NCBI GenBank assembly: GCA_019114845.1
Contig: DXEU01000149.1
Coordinates: forward strand, 1 to 45,449
DNA from: Candidatus Lachnoclostridium stercoripullorum
GTDB lineage: Bacteria > Bacillota > Clostridia > Lachnospirales > Lachnospiraceae
DNA length: 45,449 nt
Reading direction: 5' to 3'
The translations under genes and the position numbers were made by a program. The notes below the pieces were generated by a model that searched no databases, was not told the DNA's origin, and saw only the letters and a list, made by a program, of their open reading frames with translations. Numbering within the stretch: the stretch's first letter is position 1; the number at the start of each line of letters is the position of its first letter. Below, piece after piece: positions 1 to 9,546 of the stretch.

Positions 1-173
1 TTCGCCCCCATTTTCAGGGACGAATGGATGGATTTAATGCGGTTGTTTTTCCGCAGGTGCGGTTTTGCGTCCAGATTGCTGACTGCGGAGATGCGTCCGA
101 TTTTTTCAGAGATCGAAGATACGCGGGATAGTATCTCGTCTGTAATTGTGAAGGAGGGGGTCTTTTCTCTCAT
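1..173 (-). CDS. Fic family protein, N-terminal part (runs off the window edge)
   Basis: Not in the ORF track. Manual translation from ATG at 173 gives MREKTPSFTITDEILSRVSSISEKIGRISAVSNLDAKPHLRKNNRIKSIHSSLKMGA, resembling the Fic-family N-terminus (P-F-T-I-T...R-I-K-S-I-H-S-S-L). Starts 4 nt after the lepB stop; the catalytic HPFxDGNGR motif would lie outside the window. Confidence 0.65.
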   Translation of the reverse strand, partial: MREKTPSFTITDEILSRVSSISEKIGRISAVSNLDAKPHLRKNNRIKSIHSSLKMGA

Positions 174-177
174 AATT

Positions 178-747
178 TTATTCATCCAGCCACGCGATTT
201 CCGTGAACGGGAAATAGCGGAACAGCACCTTGGCGATGATCTGGTCCTTCTCCACGTAGTGGTTGCGCCAGTATCTGGCGTCGGAGGAGTAGTTCCGGTT
301 GTCTCCCATCATGAAATAGCAGCCCTCCGGCACCTCGAAGTGCATGGGCTCCTCGGGAATCATGGGTTCCCGAATGTAGGGCTCGTCCAGGGCCTCCCCG
401 TCAATGAAAACCTGGCCATTCTCGATATCCACCGTTTCCCCCGGCAGGCCGATGACCCGCTTCACATAGAGGGTTTTGCCCGTGGGGTCGTCGGGGAAGT
501 GGAAGATGGCGATGTCCCCCCGCTCCGGGTCGTGGAGCCGGTAGGACAGGCGGGAGCCGATGACCCGGTCCCCGGTCATGATGGTGTTCTCCATGGAGCC
601 GCTGGGCACCCGGCTGTTGGCGATGATAAAGGTATTCAGAAAAAAGGCGATGGCCGCCGCCACCACGATGATCCAGATCCAGCTGAGAATCTCCTTCTTC
701 AGGGAGAATGGCTCCTTCTCCTGGGCTTCCTTTTCTTTATTTTCCAT
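178..747 (-). CDS. lepB: Signal peptidase I
   Basis: N-terminal TM helix, catalytic Ser in VPSGSMENT, Lys in YVKRVIGLPGE, GDNRNYSSDAR box. Start set at MENKEK (GGAAAGGA upstream); the alternative start is 777. Confidence 0.95.
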   Translation of the reverse strand: MENKEKEAQEKEPFSLKKEILSWIWIIVVAAAIAFFLNTFIIANSRVPSGSMENTIMTGDRVIGSRLSYRLHDPERGDIAIFHFPDDPTGKTLYVKRVIGLPGETVDIENGQVFIDGEALDEPYIREPMIPEEPMHFEVPEGCYFMMGDNRNYSSDARYWRNHYVEKDQIIAKVLFRYFPFTEIAWLDE

Positions 748-938
748 TCTATATTCACGATCCTTTCCGATATCCATTCCTTATATTTACCAGCATCAGT
801 TTATATGAGAAATTCCGGAAGTGCAAGGGGTTTTCGGAAATGGTCATAAAATTTTCATATTTTGCCGGAAATATCCATGGAAAAAGGAGGGGCAGTTCCC
901 TTATAATAGACGGAAGAACCACATCGGGAGGAGACATC

Positions 939-1988
939 ATGAGGACGGAGAGCAAGAAGAACCGGCGCTTTGCCGCCGCCGGAGCGGCCTTTCTGGGGGC
1001 ATCCCTGCTCCTTTTATGGGCAGCGAGAGAATTTCCGGGCTTTGCCGACTGGTACACGGTCCACATTTACCCCGTCTGGGTGGGAATGTTTGGCCGGATC
1101 TTCGGCGTGCTCCCTTTTTCCGCCGCAGAGATTGGCCTGTACCTGCTGGCGGGGGCGGCCGCCCTGTACATAATAAGGAGCTGGAGGAGACCGGAGGACA
1201 TCGGAGCACGTGCACTCTTTTTGGCGGGAGCGCTGTTTTTGTCCTACAGTTTAAACTGCGGGGTCAATTACTCCTGCCGCCCATTCTCCGCCGACCTCCC
1301 CTACGGCCGGGAGGAGAGAACGGAGGAGGAGCTGGCGGAGCTCTGCGCCTACCTGGCAGAGCAGGCCAACCGCCTCGCAGACTGGGCCGGTGTCTCCCTG
1401 ACGCCGGGGGAGTACGCGGCGGAGGGCAGGGCGGCCATGGGGAAGCTGGGGGAAGAGTACCCCAGGCTGGCCGGATATTATCCCCAGCCCAAGTATCTGA
1501 CCTTCCCCTGGATTCTGTCGGTGCAGCAGCTGTCGGGAGTCTACTCCCCCTTCACCGTGGAGGCCAACTACAACAACGCCATGGTCTCCTACAACATCCC
1601 CCACACCATCTGCCATGAGCTGTCCCACCTCAAGGGCTTTATGCGGGAGGACGAGGCCAATTTCATCGGCTTTCTGGCCTGCCTGGAGTCGGACAGCCCC
1701 GCCTTCGCCTACAGCGGCTACACCATGGGGTGGATCTACGCCGGAAATGCCCTGGCGAAGGTGAACCCGGAGGCCTACCTTCAGATCCGCAGCCGCCTGG
1801 ATGAGAGAATTCTGGCGGATCTGGAGGCCAACAACCGGTTCTGGGACCGGTACGAGGGGAAGGTGGCCGACGCGGCGGAGGCCGTCAACGACACCTACCT
1901 GAAGGCCAACCGCCAGGAGCACGGGGTGGCCAGCTACGGCATGGTGGTGGATCTGATGCTGGGCTGGTACGGCCAGATGGACAATTGA
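939..1988 (+). CDS. DUF3810-like membrane protein, putative zinc metallopeptidase
   Basis: GGAGGAG RBS before ATG 939; several N-terminal TM segments; GVYSPFTVEANYN, HELSH (HExxH) followed by EDEANF. Confidence 0.8.
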   Translation: MRTESKKNRRFAAAGAAFLGASLLLLWAAREFPGFADWYTVHIYPVWVGMFGRIFGVLPFSAAEIGLYLLAGAAALYIIRSWRRPEDIGARALFLAGALFLSYSLNCGVNYSCRPFSADLPYGREERTEEELAELCAYLAEQANRLADWAGVSLTPGEYAAEGRAAMGKLGEEYPRLAGYYPQPKYLTFPWILSVQQLSGVYSPFTVEANYNNAMVSYNIPHTICHELSHLKGFMREDEANFIGFLACLESDSPAFAYSGYTMGWIYAGNALAKVNPEAYLQIRSRLDERILADLEANNRFWDRYEGKVADAAEAVNDTYLKANRQEHGVASYGMVVDLMLGWYGQMDN

Positions 1989-2087
1989 CATTTCTCCCCG
2001 GCCTACCGTATACTGGACATAATAGACACGGATCTCTGCGACACTTTTTACAGACGGATGGAAATTCGGCGGAAAGGATTGACAAAT

Positions 2088-3191
2088 ATGGATTTGGAAA
2101 AATTGTATGACAATCTTCCGGGGCCACCGGACACGGTGCTGATCATCGACGACGATGAGATCAACCGGGCAATTCTCGACAATCTGTTCTCGGACACCTA
2201 CGTGATTCGGGAGGCGGAAAACGGCCGTGTGGGCCTGGAGAAGCTGCTGGAGGAGAGGGAGCGGATCTGCGCCGTCCTCCTGGACGTGATGATGCCGGAG
2301 ATGGACGGGCTTCAGGTGATGCAGGAAATCAGCCGGAGAAATCTCCAGACCCAGATCCCCGTATTTCTCATCACCGCGGAGGCCAGCGACACGGTGATGC
2401 GGGAGGCGTACCAGCTGGGGGTGATGGACGTGATCAGCAAGCCGGTGATCCCCTACGTGGTCAAGCGGCGGGTCAACTCCGTGGTGGAGCTCTACCAGGC
2501 CAGAAAGCGGCTGGGAAATGTGGTGGATCAGCAGCAGTCGGAGCTCCTCAAGCAGGCTAAGCTGATCATCGACCTGAACATGGGGATGATCGAGTCCCTG
2601 TCCACCGCCATCGAGTTCCGCAGCGGCGAGTCCGGGGAGCACGTCCGGAGAATCCATGACATCACCAGACATATGCTGACCCACACCCCCCTGGGGGAGG
2701 GACTGTCCGGGGAGGAGATCCAGTGGATCGCCATGGCCTCCATCATGCACGATGTGGGCAAGATCGCCATCCCGGACGCCATTTTAAATAAACCGGGGAA
2801 ATTGACGAAAGAAGAATATGAGATCATGAAGACCCATACGGTCCAGGGCGCCGCCCTGCTGGAGAAGATTCCCCAGATGCGGGAGCACGGGGCCTATGAG
2901 TATGCCTACGACATCGCCAGGCACCATCACGAGCGCTGGGACGGCCGGGGATACCCCGACGGCCTGAAGGGGGATGAGATCACCATATGGGCGCAGATTG
3001 TGTCCCTGGCGGACGTCTACGACGCCCTGGTGAGCAGCCGGGTGTACAAGGGGGCCTTCGACCGGGGGGAGGCCCTGCGGATGATCCGGGATGGGGAGTG
3101 CGGGGTGTTCAACCCCGAGCTGATCCGCAACTTTATGACGGTGGAGCCGGAGATATGGAAGGCGTATGACCAGAAACAGGAGGAGAGATAA
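2088..3191 (+). CDS. Response regulator with HD-GYP output domain (RpfG family, cyclic dinucleotide phosphodiesterase)
   Basis: REC domain (IIDDD, LLDVMMPEMDG, ISKP); HD-GYP motifs HDVGK, HHERWDGRGYPDGL, ADVYDAL. GAAAGGA RBS before ATG 2088. Confidence 0.92.
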   Translation: MDLEKLYDNLPGPPDTVLIIDDDEINRAILDNLFSDTYVIREAENGRVGLEKLLEERERICAVLLDVMMPEMDGLQVMQEISRRNLQTQIPVFLITAEASDTVMREAYQLGVMDVISKPVIPYVVKRRVNSVVELYQARKRLGNVVDQQQSELLKQAKLIIDLNMGMIESLSTAIEFRSGESGEHVRRIHDITRHMLTHTPLGEGLSGEEIQWIAMASIMHDVGKIAIPDAILNKPGKLTKEEYEIMKTHTVQGAALLEKIPQMREHGAYEYAYDIARHHHERWDGRGYPDGLKGDEITIWAQIVSLADVYDALVSSRVYKGAFDRGEALRMIRDGECGVFNPELIRNFMTVEPEIWKAYDQKQEER

Positions 3192-3541
3192 TGGACGAGA
3201 AAAAGAGACAGAGGCTGGAGGAGGCGGGAATCCGCGTGGAGGACGCCCTGGGCCGTTTTATGGGAAATGAGATGCTGCTTGAGAGATTCCTGGGGAAATT
3301 TCTGGAGGACAAGAGCTTTGGCCAGCTGCAGGAGGCGGTGGCTGCAGGCGACCGGGAGACGGCGCTGCGGGCCTCCCACACCCTGAAGGGGGTGTGCGGC
3401 AATCTGTCCATCAGCAGGCTCTATGAGCTGGCAGCCCGCCAGGTGGATCTGATGCGGGCAGAAAAATGGGAGGAGGCTGTGGCCATGATGCCGGAGATGG
3501 AAGAGGCGTACAGGACGGCTGCAGCGGCGATCCGGGGGTGA
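3191..3541 (+). CDS. Hpt (histidine phosphotransfer) domain protein
   Basis: 116 aa helical protein with the ASHTLKGVCGNL Hpt signature; TAATG overlap with the upstream gene. Confidence 0.9.
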   Translation: MDEKKRQRLEEAGIRVEDALGRFMGNEMLLERFLGKFLEDKSFGQLQEAVAAGDRETALRASHTLKGVCGNLSISRLYELAARQVDLMRAEKWEEAVAMMPEMEEAYRTAAAAIRG

Positions 3542-3546
3542 CGGGC

Positions 3547-6096
3547 ATGAAGAATCGCCAGAGACAGGCGGGGGTGAAGAGCCATTTCCGCAGGAATATG
3601 TACCTGTACAGCTTTATCCTGACGGTGCTGATCATTCTGGGAGCTCTGACCTTCTACCTGCTGAGGACGGAACTGTTAAAAAACACCCAGGATCTGGGGG
3701 ACGCCCTGGCCAGAAGCTATTCCTCGGAGGAGAGGAACAACCTGACGGTCTACGAGACGCTCCTGGATTTCGGCACGGAGATTTACGACAGCCCCGGGCA
3801 GGCAGATCAGCCGGAGGAGGAGAAGGAGCAGATGCTGAAGATCTTCTTCCGCAGGATCGAGAACACCCTGGGGACGGGAAAGGTGAAACCCTACGCGGTG
3901 ATCGGAGGGCGCATTGTGTCCCACAACTCCTGGGAGGGAGCCGGGGAATACGAGGCGGAGGAGACAGAGTGGTATCAGCGGGCCATGGAGGCCGGCGGGA
4001 AGGCGGCCTTTACGGGAGTCTACACGGACGCCGTCTACGGCCGGCCGGTGATCACCATCTCCAGGAAATGCGACAGCGCCGACGTGGTGCTGGCCCTGGA
4101 CATTTTCCCCGAGAATTTCCAGTTTCAGTTCAACCCGCCGGACCTCCCGGAGAACGCCTCCTTCTACCTCTGCGATGAGAACGGCACCCTGATCTACGCC
4201 AAATCCGCCATGACAGACGACGAGGAGGAGGCGGGCCGCTACGCCCTGTCCATCCTGGAGAGCATCCGCAGAGGGGAGCAGGACAGCTATGACGCCTACA
4301 TGCGGGACGCCGAGGGCAACCGCAGAGGCGTCTACTATGATTATCTGCCCAACGGCTGGATCTCCATCATCACCGTCCCCTTCGCCACCATTCTCCAGAA
4401 GTTAAACTATCTGGCGGCGGTGTTTTTGGGGATCGTGGGAGTCGGGTTTGTGGGCATCGCAGTTCTGGTGTGGCGGGACGCCCGCTTAAACGCCAGGGTG
4501 AGGCGGACCAACGAGACGGTGCGGGTGCTGGGCAACTCCTACTTTGCCCTGTACCGCATCAATTTCGCCAAGGGCACCTACGAGATGATCAAGGGCTCCG
4601 ACTACGTGCGGGAGAGAATCCCCGAGGAGGGGGACTACAAGACCCTGCTGGAGGTCATGAAGGAGCTGATCGAGCCGGAGGCCTACGACGAATATATGGA
4701 GAATTTCTCCCTGGCCAGCATCCGCAGCCTGGTGGCCAGGCGCATGAGGGATTTCGGCGGAGATTTCCGGCGGCTCTTCGGGACCACCTACCGCTGGATG
4801 AACGTGCGGATGCTGTTCGACGAATCCCTCTCCCCGGAGGAGGTGGTGCTCTGCTTCCGGGAGGTGGAGGAGGAAAAACAGCGCCGCTTCCAGGAGCAGA
4901 AGCTGCTGGAGGAGGCCCTGGAGGCCTCCAGGAGAAGCGAGAAGAACAAGCACGCCTTTTTCAGCAACATGTCCCACGACATGAGGACCCCCTTAAATGC
5001 CATCATCGGGCTGTCAGAGCTGGTGCGGCAGAACCTGGGGGACCAGGAAAAGGTGTCCGATTATATGGATCAGATCGATCTGTCCAGCCGCCAGCTGCTC
5101 AGCCTGATCAACGACATCCTGGACATGTCCCGCATGGAGCAGGGCAAGGTGGCCCTGGATTACCAGCAGTTCAATCTGAAAAAATGTGTGGAGGACTGCG
5201 TCGCCACCTTCCGCATCCAGGCGCAGCTGGAGAAGAAAAATCTGGAACTGTCCTTCGACCTGGAGGACGAGACGGTGCTGGGGGATTCCGTCCGCATCAG
5301 CCAGATCATGAACAATCTCCTCTCCAACGCCCTCAAGTTCACCGGGGAGGGGGACGAGATCCGGGTGTCCGTCAGCCAGTTCGCCAACCAGAATGTGGCC
5401 AAGTACAAGATCGTGGTGGCGGACACCGGCATCGGCATGTCGAAGGACTTCCTGCCCCAGCTGTTTGAGCCCTACGCCAGGGAGACTCGCTTCGGCGTGA
5501 AGAAGGTCTCCGGGACGGGGCTGGGAATGCCCATCGTGAAGAATCTGGTGACCCAGATGAGCGGCCAGATCCACGTGGAGAGCGAGCTGGGAAAGGGCAC
5601 CGCCTTCACCATCGTGATTCCCTTTGAGGCGGTGAAGGAGGAGAAGGAGGAGAAGAAGATTCCCGCAGAGAACAGCGGCAGCCCGGCCTTTGCCCTGGCT
5701 GGGAGGACGGTGCTTCTGGCGGAGGACAACGCCATCAACATGGAGATAGCCACGGAGATCCTCGCCATGAGCGGGATGAAGATCATCCAGGCCTGGAACG
5801 GGCAGGAGGCGGTGGAGCGGTTCAGGGAGTCCGCCCCCTTCTCCATCGACGTCATTCTCATGGACATGCAGATGCCGAAGATGGACGGCTGCGAGGCGGC
5901 GAGAAATATCCGCGTGCTGTCCCGGCCGGACGCCAGGGCGGTGCCCATCATCGCCGTGACCGCCAACGCCTTCGCGGAGGATATCGCGGCCACCACTGCG
6001 GCGGGGATGGATGCCCATGTGTCCAAGCCCATCGACTTCAAGATCCTGGAACAGACCATGGAGAATCTGATGGATGGGGGCAAAAAAAGAGAATAA
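3547..6096 (+). CDS. Hybrid sensor histidine kinase/response regulator with Cache-like extracellular domain
   Basis: Two TM helices flanking a Cache-like region (WYQRA...YTDAVYG); H-box MSHDMRTPLN, N-box NLLSNALKFT, G boxes DTGIGM and GTGLG; C-terminal REC (AEDN, LMDMQMPKMDG, SKP). Confidence 0.93.
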   Translation: MKNRQRQAGVKSHFRRNMYLYSFILTVLIILGALTFYLLRTELLKNTQDLGDALARSYSSEERNNLTVYETLLDFGTEIYDSPGQADQPEEEKEQMLKIFFRRIENTLGTGKVKPYAVIGGRIVSHNSWEGAGEYEAEETEWYQRAMEAGGKAAFTGVYTDAVYGRPVITISRKCDSADVVLALDIFPENFQFQFNPPDLPENASFYLCDENGTLIYAKSAMTDDEEEAGRYALSILESIRRGEQDSYDAYMRDAEGNRRGVYYDYLPNGWISIITVPFATILQKLNYLAAVFLGIVGVGFVGIAVLVWRDARLNARVRRTNETVRVLGNSYFALYRINFAKGTYEMIKGSDYVRERIPEEGDYKTLLEVMKELIEPEAYDEYMENFSLASIRSLVARRMRDFGGDFRRLFGTTYRWMNVRMLFDESLSPEEVVLCFREVEEEKQRRFQEQKLLEEALEASRRSEKNKHAFFSNMSHDMRTPLNAIIGLSELVRQNLGDQEKVSDYMDQIDLSSRQLLSLINDILDMSRMEQGKVALDYQQFNLKKCVEDCVATFRIQAQLEKKNLELSFDLEDETVLGDSVRISQIMNNLLSNALKFTGEGDEIRVSVSQFANQNVAKYKIVVADTGIGMSKDFLPQLFEPYARETRFGVKKVSGTGLGMPIVKNLVTQMSGQIHVESELGKGTAFTIVIPFEAVKEEKEEKKIPAENSGSPAFALAGRTVLLAEDNAINMEIATEILAMSGMKIIQAWNGQEAVERFRESAPFSIDVILMDMQMPKMDGCEAARNIRVLSRPDARAVPIIAVTANAFAEDIAATTAAGMDAHVSKPIDFKILEQTMENLMDGGKKRE

Positions 6097-6163
6097 TACC
6101 GTTGTGTTCTATCATCCAAAATGGTAAAATAGTACATAGATTTCCATAAAAGGGGGTTCTCAT

Positions 6164-8695
6164 ATGAACAAGATGCTGTATGACTTAATGGACTGGGCTG
6201 GAATCGAAGAGATGGTTTATTCAGAGGCCCGTCATCCTGAAAATCTTCTGGGAGCTCATGTGGTGGACGGCGGAGTGCTGGTTCAGGCGTTTGTTCCCAC
6301 GGCGGAGAGCATAGAGGTAAAGATGGGGGCAGGGACATATCCGATGGAGATGGCGGATGAGGAGGGCTTTTTTGCTGTTCTCATTCCCCGCAAGAGCGTG
6401 GCTCCCTATACGCTGAAGATCACCTACGACAACGAGACCAAGGCTGAGATCTGGGATCCCTACTATTTTGCCGAACAGATCACAGAGCAGGAATTAAAAA
6501 AGTTTGACGCCGGCATCAACTATGAGGTTTACAAGAAGCTGGGCGCCCACCCCATGACCGTGGACGGGGTGAAGGGCGTGCTGTTCGCCGTGTGGGCCCC
6601 CTGCGCCATGCGCGTGAGCGTGGTGGGAGACTTCAACCTCTGGGACGGCAGAAGGCATCAGATGAAGCTCCACGAGGGCTACGGGGTGTATGAGCTGTTT
6701 ATTCCCGGCCTGGAGGAGGGAACGCTCTACAAATACGAGATCAAGAAGATGAACGGGGATCCCGTTTTGAAGGCGGACCCCTACGCCAACTACGCGGAGC
6801 TGCGCCCCAACACGGCCTCCGTGGTCTGGGACATTGAAAAGTATAAATGGAACGACAAGGCCTGGATGGACAAGCGGGCCAAGGCGGACACGAAGGCCAA
6901 GCCCATGTCCATCTACGAGCTGCATCTGGGTTCCTTTATGAGAAAGGAGATTCAGACGGACGAGGAGGGAAACCCCATCGTCGGCTCTGAATTTTACAAT
7001 TACCGGGAGATCGCCCCGAAACTGGCGGAGTACGTCAAGGAGATGGGGTACACCCACGTGGAGCTTCTGCCGGTGATGGAGCATCCCCTGGACGCCTCCT
7101 GGGGCTACCAGGTGAGCGGATATTACGCCCCCACCAGCCGGTACGGCACGCCGGATGATTTCATGTACTTCATGGACTACATGCATGGCCAGGGCATCGG
7201 GGTGATTCTGGACTGGGTGCCCGCCCACTTCCCCAGAGACGCCTGGGGCATGGCGGAGTACGACGGCACCTGCCTCTACGAGCACCGGGATCCCAGAAAG
7301 GGAGCCCATCCCCACTGGGGAACCCTGATTTACAATTACGCCAGACCTCAGGTCTCCAACTTCCTGATCGCCAACGCTCTGTTCTGGGCGGAGAAATACC
7401 ACGCCGACGGCATCCGCATGGACGCTGTGGCCTCCATGCTCTACCTGGACTACGGCAAGAACGGCGGCGAGTGGGTGCCCAACATTTACGGCGGTCATGA
7501 GAATCTGGACGCGGTGGAGTTCTTAAAGCACCTGAATTCCATCTTCAAGAAGAGAAAGAACGGAGCCATCCTCATCGCCGAGGAGTCCACGGCCTGGCCC
7601 AAGATCACCGGCGACGTGAAGGACGACGGCCTGGGATTTGACTATAAGTGGAACATGGGATGGATGAACGACTTCCTGGGCTATATGCAGTGCGATCCCT
7701 ATTTCCGCAACTACCACTACGGGGAGCTGACCTTCAGCATGATCTACGCCTACAGCGAGGATTTCATCCTGGTGTTCTCCCACGACGAGGTGGTGCACGG
7801 GAAGGGCTCCATGGTCAACAAGATGCCGGGAGCTACCTTCGAGGAGAAGTTCGCCAACCTGCGGACGGCCTACGGCTTCATGCTGGGCCATCCCGGCAAG
7901 AAGCTCCTGTTCATGGGACAGGATTTCGGCCAGATGGACGAGTGGAATGAGAACCGGGAGCTGGAGTGGAACCTCCTTCAGTACCCCATCCACAGCCAGA
8001 TGCAGGAGTATGTGAAGGCCCTCAACAAGCTCTATGCCAAGTATCCGGCCCTGAGCCAGATGGATTATCACCCCGACGGCTTCCAGTGGATCGAGTGCAA
8101 CAACGCGGCGGAGAACATCGTGATCTTCGTGAGAAAGACGAAGAAGAAGGAGGAGACCCTGCTCTTTGTCTGCAACTTCGCCCCGGTGCTCCACGAGAAG
8201 TTCCAGCTGGGCGTGCCCTTCGCCGGCAAGTACAAGGAGATTTTAAACAGCGACAGCGAGGAGTTCGGCGGCAGCGGCTGCACCAACCCCAGAGTGAAGA
8301 CCTCCAAGAAGGAGGAGTGGAACGAGCGCCCCGATTCCATCGTCATCAACGTGGCGCCCATGAGCGTCAGCATCTTCACCTGCACGCCTGAGGCACCCAA
8401 GAAGGCGGTCAAAAAGACCTCAGTCAAGAAGGGGACGGCCAAGGCGGCAGCGGCGGAGAAGGCGGCCCCCAAGGCGGCCAAGAAGGAGACTCCCAAAAAG
8501 ACAGCGGCAGCCGAGAAGGAGTCCCCCGAGAAGGCGGCGCTGATCGCCCACCCGGCGGAGAAGACGGGAACGGCCCTGGCGGAGAAGGAGGATCCGAAGA
8601 AGAAGGCGGGAACAGCTCTGGCGGAGAAGGAAGATCCGAAGAAGAAGGCGGGAACAGCTCTGGCGGAGAAGAAGGCTCCGAGGAAGAAGGCGTAA
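6164..8695 (+). CDS. glgB: 1,4-alpha-glucan branching enzyme with Lys/Ala-rich C-terminal tail
   Basis: FAVWAP, VGDFNLWDGR, SWGYQ, LDWVPAHF, DGIRMDAVASMLY, IAEEST, SHDEVVHGK: GH13 branching-enzyme motifs. Confidence 0.97.
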   Translation: MNKMLYDLMDWAGIEEMVYSEARHPENLLGAHVVDGGVLVQAFVPTAESIEVKMGAGTYPMEMADEEGFFAVLIPRKSVAPYTLKITYDNETKAEIWDPYYFAEQITEQELKKFDAGINYEVYKKLGAHPMTVDGVKGVLFAVWAPCAMRVSVVGDFNLWDGRRHQMKLHEGYGVYELFIPGLEEGTLYKYEIKKMNGDPVLKADPYANYAELRPNTASVVWDIEKYKWNDKAWMDKRAKADTKAKPMSIYELHLGSFMRKEIQTDEEGNPIVGSEFYNYREIAPKLAEYVKEMGYTHVELLPVMEHPLDASWGYQVSGYYAPTSRYGTPDDFMYFMDYMHGQGIGVILDWVPAHFPRDAWGMAEYDGTCLYEHRDPRKGAHPHWGTLIYNYARPQVSNFLIANALFWAEKYHADGIRMDAVASMLYLDYGKNGGEWVPNIYGGHENLDAVEFLKHLNSIFKKRKNGAILIAEESTAWPKITGDVKDDGLGFDYKWNMGWMNDFLGYMQCDPYFRNYHYGELTFSMIYAYSEDFILVFSHDEVVHGKGSMVNKMPGATFEEKFANLRTAYGFMLGHPGKKLLFMGQDFGQMDEWNENRELEWNLLQYPIHSQMQEYVKALNKLYAKYPALSQMDYHPDGFQWIECNNAAENIVIFVRKTKKKEETLLFVCNFAPVLHEKFQLGVPFAGKYKEILNSDSEEFGGSGCTNPRVKTSKKEEWNERPDSIVINVAPMSVSIFTCTPEAPKKAVKKTSVKKGTAKAAAAEKAAPKAAKKETPKKTAAAEKESPEKAALIAHPAEKTGTALAEKEDPKKKAGTALAEKEDPKKKAGTALAEKKAPRKKA
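8561..8692 (+). repeat. Three tandem 42-bp coding repeats (K[T/A]GTALAEKEDPKK) in the glgB tail
   Basis: Units begin at 8561, 8603 and 8645. Confidence 0.9.
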
Positions 8696-8718
8696 CCGCC
8701 CACAGGAGAAGTTAAAAT

Positions 8719-9546
8719 ATGTCTGAAACATTGAAAAGCTGGCTGTCCGGCCTCTCAGGATTCGGCATGGATCTGCTGGTGGCAGCTGTAATACTCGGCA
8801 TTGGTTTCAAGATAACGGGAGCGGTCCGCCGGATGGCGGAACGCTCCTTTGCGAGGATGGAGATGGAACTTTCCCTGCGAAAGTTCCTTCTCTCTCTCAT
8901 ACAGGCTCTGATGTACGGCCTGCTGATCTTCATGGCGGCGGAACGGATCGGAATCCAGTCCTCCTCCATCATCGCCCTGCTGGGCTCCGCCGGCGTGACC
9001 CTGGGCCTGGCCCTTCAGGGAAGCCTGTCCAACTTTGCCGGCGGGGTGCTGATCCTCCTGGTGAGGCCATTCAAGGTGGGGGATTACATTGTGAGCGAGT
9101 ACGGGGAGGGGACGGTGGCGGCCATCGGCCTGGTGTACACCACCCTCAACACGGTGGACAACAAGACGGTGGTGATCCCCAACGGCAGCCTCTCCAACAG
9201 CCCCATCACCAACGCCACGGCGGAGGATTTCCGCCGCCTGGATCTGACGGTGGGCATCGGCTATCAGTCGGATCTGCGCAAGGCCAAGGAGATTCTGCTG
9301 GACATCTACACCAGCCACCCCTGCATCCTGAAGGACAGGCCGATCCAGGTGTTTGTGGACCAGCTGGCGGCCAGCTCCGTGGTCATCGGCGGCCGCGGAT
9401 GGACGGCCACCGGGGATTACTGGCAGACGAGGTGGGACATCACGGAGAAGATCAAGCTGCGGTTTGACGAGGCGGGGATCCAGATCCCCTTCAATCAGCT
9501 GGATGTGCATGTGAATTACGAAGGAAAAGGAGATACAGAAGGATGA
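8719..9546 (+). CDS. mscS: Small-conductance mechanosensitive channel
   Basis: GSAGVTLGLALQGSLSNFAGGVLILLVRPFKVGDYI, VVIPNG, FDEAGIQIPF motifs. Confidence 0.93.
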   Translation: MSETLKSWLSGLSGFGMDLLVAAVILGIGFKITGAVRRMAERSFARMEMELSLRKFLLSLIQALMYGLLIFMAAERIGIQSSSIIALLGSAGVTLGLALQGSLSNFAGGVLILLVRPFKVGDYIVSEYGEGTVAAIGLVYTTLNTVDNKTVVIPNGSLSNSPITNATAEDFRRLDLTVGIGYQSDLRKAKEILLDIYTSHPCILKDRPIQVFVDQLAASSVVIGGRGWTATGDYWQTRWDITEKIKLRFDEAGIQIPFNQLDVHVNYEGKGDTEG

